The position numbers and the translations under genes were made by a program. Under the pieces are notes generated by a model. It did not search any database, was not told the DNA's origin, and saw only the letters and a program-made list of their open reading frames with translations. A DNA stretch of 64,000 nt from Prevotella sp. UBA2756 (GTDB taxonomy: Bacteria; Bacteroidota; Bacteroidia; Bacteroidales; Bacteroidaceae), in assembly GCA_002353205.1 (NCBI GenBank), contig DEJE01000048.1:11665-75664 (forward strand), given 5' to 3'. Position 1 is the stretch's first letter, and each line of letters begins with the position of its first letter. Shown here piece by piece: positions 19,509 through 27,288 of the stretch.

Positions 19509-20231
19509 TCAGAGGTAGAGGATGCTCTCGTTGCCCATGTTGAAGAGCAGATCGAGGATGCTCAGGTTGGGCAGGAAGCCGTGTTTCTGCTGGTAAACCT
19601 GATAATAGGAGCGCGGTTCAAACGTTGGATCGGGCAGTGGATGCTTGGGACGGATGGCCTCGCGGTAGTCCGTAAAATGCGTCTCTTCCTCTGAATGCGC
19701 AACGGATGCAAGGTAAAGTGGACTGGATGACGGAGCTTCGGCGGTGGTAGAGGGGTTGACATCGGCAGAAGACGGAGCCTCAGCGGTGGTGATAAAAGTG
19801 TCGGTGAGCTCGATGTTGGGGTTGATATCGAGCAGTTCGCTCATCTTCAGGGTGATGTCAAGGTTGAAATCGAAGAGGAAATCCCAGTGTTTTTCATAGA
19901 AGGGATGAAGGTCGTCGGCGTAGTAGTCGAAGAACGGGCTGTCTCCGTACGCACTGCGCAGGGCGTTCCAATGTTCCGAGCGCCATTTCCCGTGATTGCT
20001 GATGCGTATGTCTTTCATCCGAGTTGCCGAAGCCTGCACCGATCCGTTGTCGCGCTCAATGGGGATGGTGAGAGCCTGCGTGCCTTGTGTGGTTGCTATG
20101 ACGCAGCGGTTGCGGTATGTTTGCTTGATGAAGTTGTCGTGCTGCTCGATGAGCACGCGGTCGTAGCGGTTCAGTTTCTGATACCACTGCACCGGTCCGA
20201 AGTATGTGGAAGAAAGCAAGGCTGTTGTCAT
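19509..20231 (-). CDS. WbqC family protein
   Basis: KQTYRNRC, SAYGDSPFFDYY, Y.QV....GFLPNLSILDLLFNMG; follows lepB as in other Bacteroidales. Confidence 0.9.
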   Translation of the reverse strand: MTTALLSSTYFGPVQWYQKLNRYDRVLIEQHDNFIKQTYRNRCVIATTQGTQALTIPIERDNGSVQASATRMKDIRISNHGKWRSEHWNALRSAYGDSPFFDYYADDLHPFYEKHWDFLFDFNLDITLKMSELLDINPNIELTDTFITTAEAPSSADVNPSTTAEAPSSSPLYLASVAHSEEETHFTDYREAIRPKHPLPDPTFEPRSYYQVYQQKHGFLPNLSILDLLFNMGNESILYL

Positions 20232-20671
20232 TTCCAGAACCTGAGGTTATAGGCGCATCCCACGATATCGGCTTTCCTGACGAGCAGCGACTGCTCGTGG
20301 CCGGTTTTCAGCATATAGTAGTTGTCGTGGCTGCACGGACAGTGGCTGCACGAGCACTCCTTGGGGAGCACGAAGGCAGTGCTGTCGGTCAGGATGGTGT
20401 CGCCGGGCGTGCTCTCCACGATGCCGATGCTGGCTCTCTCCGTCCTGAACACCACGAGGTCGCCCTTGCTGAAGTTGTCGGCCATGTGGAGCTTGCTCAC
20501 CAACACGCGGTCGTTCTTGCGTAGCAGGGGTTCCATGTCCGACTCCGCCACACGGTAGATGTTGAATGCATAGCATTTCACGGCCATGACCATGCTGAGC
20601 AGGAGCACACAATGAACCATCAACAATGTGCCTTGTCGAAGAAGAATCTCTCTTTGTTTGCTCATTGTCAA
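20228..20671 (-). CDS. Short S26 signal-peptidase-like protein, possibly inactive
   Basis: TM segment, MEPLL..NDRVLVSK, GDLVVF and PGD motifs; catalytic Ser/Lys positions appear substituted. Confidence 0.65.
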   Translation of the reverse strand: MTMSKQREILLRQGTLLMVHCVLLLSMVMAVKCYAFNIYRVAESDMEPLLRKNDRVLVSKLHMADNFSKGDLVVFRTERASIGIVESTPGDTILTDSTAFVLPKECSCSHCPCSHDNYYMLKTGHEQSLLVRKADIVGCAYNLRFWK

Positions 20672-20721
20672 TGGTTCATTGCAGCTGATAGACGGTTGTT
20701 TGTTTTTCTCTCTTTAGTGGT

Positions 20722-22164
20722 TCACTTGATGTTGTCGACCCATCGGAACAATCGGTTCCAGCGGATGCCCGAGATGCCCGAGCGGTCGGGGTCGGAGCTC
20801 CACCAGATGAAGATGGGTTTGCCCACGATGTGGTCTTCGGGCACGAAACCCCAGTAGCGCGAGTCGGCCGAGTTGTGGCGGTTGTCGCCCATCATCCAGT
20901 AGTAGTCCATCTTGAACGTGTAGCTGTCGGTCTGCTTTCCGTTGATGAATATTTTCCCGTCCTTCACCTTCAGGTCGTTGCCTTCATACACTTTGATGGG
21001 TCGTTCGTAGACGGCGATATTGTCCATGTTGAGCTTGATGCTCTCACCTTTCTTCGGAATCCACACGGGTCCGTAGTTGTCGCGCGTCCATCCGGTGTGG
21101 GCGTTGCGCGGATAGGTCTCACCAACGCGGGCCGTCGTCACGGGTTTGATGCTCTCCACATAGTCTTTCTGCTTCAGCAGACCGTCCACGGCAGCCTTTG
21201 TCAGCGGCATGTAGCCCTCTTGTGTGAGGTCGCGGATCTGCTCCATGCTGATGCCCAGCTCCTTCATCAGTTCGTCGGGCAGGTATTGCTTCAGCTTCAC
21301 GGCATAGGTGTACTGCACATTGTCGGGCTCTTTGTTCGGTTTGCCGTCCAGGTAGACGATGTGATCCTTGATCTGCAGCGTCTGTCCGGGCAGGCCCACG
21401 CAGCGCTTCACGTAGTTCTCCCGACGGTCGGTGGGTCGGCTGTCCACCTCGCCGAGGATGTTCTTGTTCTCTCTCACGTAGTTGTAGCCCATGGCGTAGA
21501 TCTTCTCATAGAGTTCATACACCTGCTGGCTGCTCAGCGTGTCGAGATCGGGCACACCGTAGTTCTGCACGTACATCGTCTCACCGGCATCGTAAACCAT
21601 GCGGTAATACTCCGTCTGGTATGGCTGTTCGGTGCAGATGGTGTCGCCGGCCGGATAGTTGAACACTACGATGTCGTTCAGCTCCACCTTGCCCAGACCG
21701 GGCACACGGCGGTAGTCCCACTGCGGCCATTCGATGTACGACTTGCACTGCACCACGGGCAACGTGTGCTGTGTCAGCGGCATGGTGAGCGGCGTCTGCG
21801 GGATGCGGGGGCCATACGACACCTTCGACACGAAGAGATAGTCGCCCGTCAGGAGCGATTTCTCAAGCGAGCTCGACGGAATGACGTAGTTCTGGAAGAA
21901 GAACAGGTTGATGAAATAGACGGCCACGAGGGCGAAGACCAGTGCATCGACCCACGACATGACCCATCTGACGGGTCCTTCCGAGTCTTTCCACCATTGC
22001 CATTTGATTTTCTTCGTGATATAGACGTCGTAGATGAAGGGTACCACGAGCAGTCCCCACCACGATTTCACCCAAAGTAGGAACAGCAGGTAGAGCACCA
22101 GCACGCCGATGAACTTTGCCCACTGCACCTTCATATTCAGTTTTTCTTTTTTCTTGTCGATCAT
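20722..22164 (-). CDS. lepB: Signal peptidase I
   Basis: IPSSSLEKSLLTGDYLFVSK, NYVKRCVGLPG and MMGDNRHNSADSRYWGFVP; start reassigned to ATG 22164. Confidence 0.96.
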   Translation of the reverse strand: MIDKKKEKLNMKVQWAKFIGVLVLYLLFLLWVKSWWGLLVVPFIYDVYITKKIKWQWWKDSEGPVRWVMSWVDALVFALVAVYFINLFFFQNYVIPSSSLEKSLLTGDYLFVSKVSYGPRIPQTPLTMPLTQHTLPVVQCKSYIEWPQWDYRRVPGLGKVELNDIVVFNYPAGDTICTEQPYQTEYYRMVYDAGETMYVQNYGVPDLDTLSSQQVYELYEKIYAMGYNYVRENKNILGEVDSRPTDRRENYVKRCVGLPGQTLQIKDHIVYLDGKPNKEPDNVQYTYAVKLKQYLPDELMKELGISMEQIRDLTQEGYMPLTKAAVDGLLKQKDYVESIKPVTTARVGETYPRNAHTGWTRDNYGPVWIPKKGESIKLNMDNIAVYERPIKVYEGNDLKVKDGKIFINGKQTDSYTFKMDYYWMMGDNRHNSADSRYWGFVPEDHIVGKPIFIWWSSDPDRSGISGIRWNRLFRWVDNIK

Positions 22165-22185
22165 AATGATTCTTTTTTTGGGGTT

Positions 22186-22236
22186 TCCAGATTCTCTAGA
22201 TTCTCTAGAATATCTAGAACTACTAGATGATCTAGA
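22186..22236. repeat. 9-bp-period TCTAGA array (4 perfect + 2 variant copies), overlapping the dapB stop
   Basis: TCCAGA 22186; TCTAGA 22195, 22204, 22213; ACTAGA 22222; TCTAGA 22231, which contains the dapB TAG. Confidence 0.9.
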
Positions 22237-22948
22237 ACTTAAACATATCCGAAATGGTGAGCAGGCCTTCGTGCTCGGCGGTGTATTCGGCAGCCAGTAC
22301 GGCTCCCAGGGCGAAGCCCTTGCGCGAATGGGCATCGTGGCTGATGGTGATCAGGTCGGCCTCCGAATCGTAGCGCACGGTGTGGATGCCCGGAACCTCG
22401 CCGCGCCGGATGTGATCCACGCGCAGCAACTTCGGATCGGTCGTCTCTTCAGCCCACGCCTCCTTGCGGTCGATGTTCTCCACAATCTCCTCAGCCAGCG
22501 TGATGGCCGTGCCGCTGGGATGGTCGAGCTTGTGCACGTGGTGCGTCTCCTCCATCTCAACGTCGTACTGCGGGAACTGGTTCATGATTTTCGCCAGATA
22601 GCGGTTCACGGCCGAGAAGATGGCCACGCCGATGGAGAAGTTCGAAGCCCAGAACAGCGTGCGGCCGCCCTCGCTGCACAGTCGGCGAACCTCGTCGCCG
22701 TGCTCCTTCATCCAGCCCGTGGAGCCCGAGACCACCTTCACGCCCTGTTCCCAAGCGCGCAGATAGTTGCCGTAGGCTGCCGTCGGATTGGTGAACTCAA
22801 TGGCCACATCGGCCAAAGCAAAGGCGTCGGAGTCGAAGTCCTGTTGGTTGTCAATGTCGATAATGCTCACGATTTCATGGCCACGGCCGATGGCAATCTG
22901 CTCAATCATCTTGCCCATCTTCCCATAGCCTATCAATGCTATTTTCAT
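22232..22948 (-). CDS. dapB: 4-hydroxy-tetrahydrodipicolinate reductase
   Basis: IGYGKMG, SNFSIGV, ETHHVHKLDHPSGTA and FALGAVLAAE motifs. Confidence 0.97.
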   Translation of the reverse strand: MKIALIGYGKMGKMIEQIAIGRGHEIVSIIDIDNQQDFDSDAFALADVAIEFTNPTAAYGNYLRAWEQGVKVVSGSTGWMKEHGDEVRRLCSEGGRTLFWASNFSIGVAIFSAVNRYLAKIMNQFPQYDVEMEETHHVHKLDHPSGTAITLAEEIVENIDRKEAWAEETTDPKLLRVDHIRRGEVPGIHTVRYDSEADLITISHDAHSRKGFALGAVLAAEYTAEHEGLLTISDMFKF

Positions 22949-22972
22949 AATTCTTTCAGTTTAAACCATTTG

Positions 22973-22980
22973 CAAAAGTA
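22973..22980 (-). promoter_or_regulatory. Primary-sigma -7 element for the dapB operon
   Basis: Minus strand TACTTTTG. Confidence 0.6.
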
Positions 22981-23092
22981 CAGCAAAACGCGCACACCAC
23001 AAAAAAACTATACCTTTTTTAATATTTCTTTCCAATTAGAAAAGGCTTCTACCCTTCAGACATCCCCATGTGAACCTCACAATCAACGTCTT

Positions 23093-23121
23093 GGGTACAA
23101 ACGCGGGAGCGTTGCGTCATT
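23093..23121 (+). promoter_or_regulatory. Putative ECF promoter
   Basis: GGGTAC-N16-CGTCATT, 21 nt before ATG 23140. Confidence 0.7.
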
Positions 23122-23139
23122 TTCAAAAAATGTAGAACT

Positions 23140-26100
23140 ATGAACCCAAGATACCTTTTTTTTACAGCAAGCCTGTTCATTCTGATGCTCTGCCATGCTG
23201 CTCCGAAACCGAAAAAGCAGCTGTTTGTACCCATGGACTACAGCTCCTGCGGCTACAGAGCCTCTGAACAAGCGATACCCGACGTGCCCAACGTGCTCTT
23301 CGTAGAAGCCAGTGAGGGCGACTGCTCCGACCTGCTGCAGCGTTGCATCGACTATGTTTCGACGATGAAACCCGACCGCGAGGGGCGTCGCGGAGCTATT
23401 CTTCTGGGCGAGGGCACGTTCCGCCTCAGCCAGGCGCTGCGCATCCAGACCTCAGGCATCGTCATTCGTGGCATGGGAAAGGGGAGGACCGTTCTGCGGA
23501 AGCTGGGATCCGACCGCGGCGCTGCCATCTATCTGGAGGGTCAGCGCAGGATGACGACGGGTGATACCGTCAGCGTTGCGAGCGAAAAAGTGACCGCCGG
23601 CAGTACACGACTGACGCTGTCGGCCGACGCCGGACTGCATGTCGGTGACCGCATACAGATTGTCCGGCCATCCACCGAGGCGTGGATCACATCGCTCGCG
23701 ATGGGCGATTTCGGCGGCGGACTTGACTATACAGGCTGGAAACCGGGCGACATCGACATCACGTGGGACCGCACCGTGACCGCTGTCGAGGGAAACACGC
23801 TGACGCTCGACGCCCCGCTGACGACAACCATCAGTCCCGTTTACGGCGGAGCATTCGTCTGCAAAGGATTCAATCGGGGCGAGATTACAGAGTGCGGCAT
23901 CGAGAACCTGACCATCGAAGGGCTCGAGGGCACCGTACATCCTAAATTCGAGGATCACTGCTGGGACGGCATCTTCGTGGAGAACGCCCGCGACTGCTGG
24001 GTGCGCCGCGTGGACTTCAGGCGCTTGGCGGGTTCGGCGGTGAACATCCAGAAGCATGTGAGCCGCATGACCGTGGAGGATTGCGTGGCCGATGAGCCCG
24101 TCTCCGAGGTGGGCGGCTGGCGACGCTGCGTCTTCCTAACGCGCGGACAGCAGACACTCATCCAGCGGTGCATCTCCCGACACGGCATCCACGACTTCGC
24201 CGCTGGCTATTGTGCCGCCGGACCGAACGCGTTCGTGCAGTGCGAAGGCGAAGAGTCGCTCGGATTCAGCGGCAGCATCGGCTCGTGGGCAGCCGGACTG
24301 CTGTTCGACATCGTGAACATCGACGGCCACGACCTCTGCTTCCGCAATCTGGAACAGTTTCAGTTCGGCACCGGATGGAACACCGCCAACAGCATGATGT
24401 GGCAATGCACCGCCTCAACGCTCTGGTGCTACAGCCCCGACGACGACAACCGGTCGAGCGCGCACGGCTGTTGGGGCACGCTGACCGGCAACGGCAACTG
24501 GACCAGCAGCAACGACCACGTGCAGCCGCGCAGTCTTTTCTACTCACAACTGGAGCAGCGACTCACCGGCGATTCTGCCTCCCAGTCCCGTACGTTGCGG
24601 TATCACCGCAACCCCTCAGCAACGACAACCCCACCGAAAGGCTGGATCCTGCCCCGACCCACCGATGCTACGAGCTCGCCCACACCCGAACAAGCCTACG
24701 AGCTGGCCCAGGCCTCGCTCACGCAGCCCCGCCTGACGCTCGAAATGTGGCTCGACAGCATTCCCTACACAGCCAGTCTGTCTGCCCAGGGACTGAAACG
24801 CGGCTCCAACTTGACGGCCCGCGACCTCGCCAACAGCCATCGGCCAACAGCCAACAAACGTCCCGTAGGCTGCGGTATTACCGCAGCTTCCGCTCCCTTC
24901 GCCGTCACCGACGGGCACCTGACGGTCTCCGGACGGCTCATCACGGGCAATCGCTACGACATTCCGTGGTGGAGCGGCCGCGTGAAAGACAACTTCTGCG
25001 AGCATGGAGCACGCCCGGCCATCACCCGTTTTGTTCCGGGACGCGAGGGAACGGGCTGGACCGACCGCATCGACTCCGTGGTCTGCTTCCTCAGCAAGGG
25101 CCATTACGCCCTGCTCGACCATAACTACGGCCTCTGGTACGACCTTCGTCGCACCGACCACGAGCGTGTGCGCCGTGCCGACGGCGACGTCTGGGCTCCC
25201 TTCTACGAGCAACCCTTCGCACGCAGTGGGCAAGGAACGGCATGGGACGGACTGAGCCGCTACGACCTGACGCAGCCCAACGCCTGGTACTGGGGCCGTC
25301 TGCGCGCCTTTGCCGACCGCGGAGCCGACCATGGGCTGCTGCTCTTCAACAACCATTACTTCCAGCACAACATCCTCGAAGCCGGCGCTCACTGGGTGGA
25401 TTGCCCGTGGCGACCCGTCAACAACGTGAACAACACCGGCGCATCGTTCCCTGAACCGGTGCCGTTCACAGGCGACAAGCGCATCTTCATTGCCGAACAG
25501 TTCTACAACGACGCCGACACTGCCCTTCGCAGGCAGCACCGTCAATACATCCGCATGTGCCTCGAAGAGCTGAAAGACCAGCCCAACGCTGTCCATCTGA
25601 TCAGTGCTGAGTACACCGGACCCCTCCACTTCACGCGTTTCTGGCTGCAGACCATCGCTGAATGGGAAGCCGAGACGGGCCGCCATCCGCTCGTTGCCCT
25701 GAGCTGCACGAAGGATGCGCAGGACCAGATACTCGCCGACAAGGAGCTGAGCCGTGTGGTCGACATCATCGACATACGCTACTGGCACTATAACACCGAC
25801 GGTCTGTGGGCTCCCAAAGCCGGCGGCAACCTGGCGCCGCGGCAGTGGATGCGCAAGATGAAGGTGGGCAAGACGGGACAAGACGAGGCTTACCGCGCCG
25901 TGCGCGAGTATCGTGAGCGCTATCCGCAGAAAGCCGTCACCTTCTTCGCACAACAGTATCCCGACTACGGCTGGGCCATCCTCATGGCAGGCGGCTCGCT
26001 GCCCAACGTCGCCATCAATCACCCCCAGCTCCTGACCGACCTGCCGCTGATGAAGCCTTCATCAGAGGGCAAAGACTGCTGGGTTCTGGCCCATGCCGAC

Positions 26101-26298
26101 AAGGGTTATCTCGTCTATGTGCGCACCGACGGTGCCGACCCGCTGCCCATCGAGCCCGGCCGTTATGCCGTGTGGCGCATCGACCGCAAGAGCGGCGAGG
26201 CGACGGCGGTGGCCAAGTCGGTACGCCTGACCGGCTCCTACGCCCTCGGCGACGAGCCTGCGGGCACCGTCGTCTGGCTGCAGCGTCTTCAACGATGA
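23140..26298 (+). CDS. Secreted bimodular protein: pectate-lyase-like beta-helix plus DUF6298-like TIM-barrel domain
   Basis: Signal peptide; DYSSCGY, RGAILLGEG.F, GIVIRG.G and CGIENL beta-helix features; C-terminal NHYFQHNILEAGAHW, SAEYTGP and DIIDIRYW. Confidence 0.7.
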   Translation: MNPRYLFFTASLFILMLCHAAPKPKKQLFVPMDYSSCGYRASEQAIPDVPNVLFVEASEGDCSDLLQRCIDYVSTMKPDREGRRGAILLGEGTFRLSQALRIQTSGIVIRGMGKGRTVLRKLGSDRGAAIYLEGQRRMTTGDTVSVASEKVTAGSTRLTLSADAGLHVGDRIQIVRPSTEAWITSLAMGDFGGGLDYTGWKPGDIDITWDRTVTAVEGNTLTLDAPLTTTISPVYGGAFVCKGFNRGEITECGIENLTIEGLEGTVHPKFEDHCWDGIFVENARDCWVRRVDFRRLAGSAVNIQKHVSRMTVEDCVADEPVSEVGGWRRCVFLTRGQQTLIQRCISRHGIHDFAAGYCAAGPNAFVQCEGEESLGFSGSIGSWAAGLLFDIVNIDGHDLCFRNLEQFQFGTGWNTANSMMWQCTASTLWCYSPDDDNRSSAHGCWGTLTGNGNWTSSNDHVQPRSLFYSQLEQRLTGDSASQSRTLRYHRNPSATTTPPKGWILPRPTDATSSPTPEQAYELAQASLTQPRLTLEMWLDSIPYTASLSAQGLKRGSNLTARDLANSHRPTANKRPVGCGITAASAPFAVTDGHLTVSGRLITGNRYDIPWWSGRVKDNFCEHGARPAITRFVPGREGTGWTDRIDSVVCFLSKGHYALLDHNYGLWYDLRRTDHERVRRADGDVWAPFYEQPFARSGQGTAWDGLSRYDLTQPNAWYWGRLRAFADRGADHGLLLFNNHYFQHNILEAGAHWVDCPWRPVNNVNNTGASFPEPVPFTGDKRIFIAEQFYNDADTALRRQHRQYIRMCLEELKDQPNAVHLISAEYTGPLHFTRFWLQTIAEWEAETGRHPLVALSCTKDAQDQILADKELSRVVDIIDIRYWHYNTDGLWAPKAGGNLAPRQWMRKMKVGKTGQDEAYRAVREYRERYPQKAVTFFAQQYPDYGWAILMAGGSLPNVAINHPQLLTDLPLMKPSSEGKDCWVLAHADKGYLVYVRTDGADPLPIEPGRYAVWRIDRKSGEATAVAKSVRLTGSYALGDEPAGTVVWLQRLQR

Positions 26299-26426
26299 GC
26301 CGCCAGGATGGCACTAACAACCGCTTTTGAACCGTCTGTACCCACTTGATTGGTGAAAAATTGATAAAAATCAAGCCTTTTATCAAAAAATTTCACTAAA
26401 AAGGACTCTGTTTTCACCATTTTTCG

Positions 26427-26434
26427 TAACTTTG
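26427..26434 (+). promoter_or_regulatory. Primary-sigma -7 element upstream of the ECF sigma gene
   Basis: TAACTTTG 30 nt before ATG 26465. Confidence 0.65.
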
Positions 26435-26464
26435 GCCGACAAATCTACTTAAGGCTAAAACAAC

Positions 26465-26977
26465 ATGGTGAACTTTACCGTGCTCTATAACGAGCATATA
26501 GACAATCTGTTTGCTTTCGGTTCACGCTTCACGACCAACCGCGAAATGCTCAAAGACTGCATACACGATGTCTTCGTGAAACTTTACACCAAGCGCGAGA
26601 TGCTGCAACAGGTGGAAAACCTGGAGAGTTATCTCTATGTCTCACTGCGAAACCGCATCAACGACGAGTACCGGCGCAGCGTGCACCTCTGCGACGAGAC
26701 CATCGACGACGTGAAGATGCGCAGCCTGGCAGAGGCCGATGCCTTCGAGCGCGAGCGGAAAGAGAAGCAGCAGGCACTCACGGCGTGCGTGGAACAGCAC
26801 TTCGACAAGCTCTCGCCGCGCCAGCGGCAGATCATCAACCTCTACTATGTGAAGCATCTGAAGTATGATGAGATCTGCAACGTCATGGGCATCAACTACC
26901 AGAGCGTGCGCAATCTGATGCACCGCAGCATCACCCGCCTGCGCGAATACGCCGCCGGAGCCCCGGCCCTCGTCTGA
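26465..26977 (+). CDS. ECF-type RNA polymerase sigma-70 factor
   Basis: Region 2 KDCIHDVFVKLY..SYLYVSLRN; region 4 LSPRQRQIINLYY..LKYDEICNVMGINYQSVRNLMHR. Confidence 0.93.
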   Translation: MVNFTVLYNEHIDNLFAFGSRFTTNREMLKDCIHDVFVKLYTKREMLQQVENLESYLYVSLRNRINDEYRRSVHLCDETIDDVKMRSLAEADAFERERKEKQQALTACVEQHFDKLSPRQRQIINLYYVKHLKYDEICNVMGINYQSVRNLMHRSITRLREYAAGAPALV

Positions 26978-27069
26978 CCAGCCCGCCACAGGGATCGTTC
27001 GCCAGCAGAACGACAGCCCCTGAATACGTACCAACAGCGAAATCTTTTCTACTTCATGCCCCGGTCGAT

Positions 27070-27098
27070 GGGTACAATGGCCGACGGTCGTCGTCTTT
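27070..27098 (+). promoter_or_regulatory. Putative ECF promoter for the downstream sORF
   Basis: GGGTAC-N16-CGTCTTT, 13 nt before ATG 27109 or 19 nt before ATG 27115. Confidence 0.65.
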
Positions 27099-27108
27099 AT
27101 GGAAAGCA

Positions 27109-27255
27109 ATGACCATGAGTATCAACCATTCATTATCTTCCGACCACGGCATTCCGCAGTATACCTGCCTCATAACCCCTCTCTCCGCCAAGGAGAAGGA
27201 GGAGTTACGGCTCCGCATTGAGCAGAAGATAGCAGAAAAAAAGCCTCATTCGTGA
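27109..27255 (+). CDS. 48-aa small protein resembling an anti-sigma N-terminal helix (not in the ORF track)
   Basis: MTMSINHSLSSDHGIPQYTCLITPLSAKEKEELRLRIEQKIAEKKPHS*; has its own promoter motif and ends in the terminator. Confidence 0.5.
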   Translation: MTMSINHSLSSDHGIPQYTCLITPLSAKEKEELRLRIEQKIAEKKPHS

Positions 27256-27265
27256 GGCTTTTTTT
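27236..27265. terminator. Bidirectional intrinsic terminator
   Basis: AAAAAAAGCCTCA-TTCG-TGAGGCTTTTTT between convergent units. Confidence 0.88.
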
Positions 27266-27288
27266 GTTGCTATACGTTTGTTTCCTTC

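Noticed and set aside
26320-26345. Eighth ECF motif (minus-strand GGGTACAG near the sigma gene)
   Set aside because: Half-site only: no GTC at the 15-16-nt spacing, and it points antisense into the DUF6298 gene.
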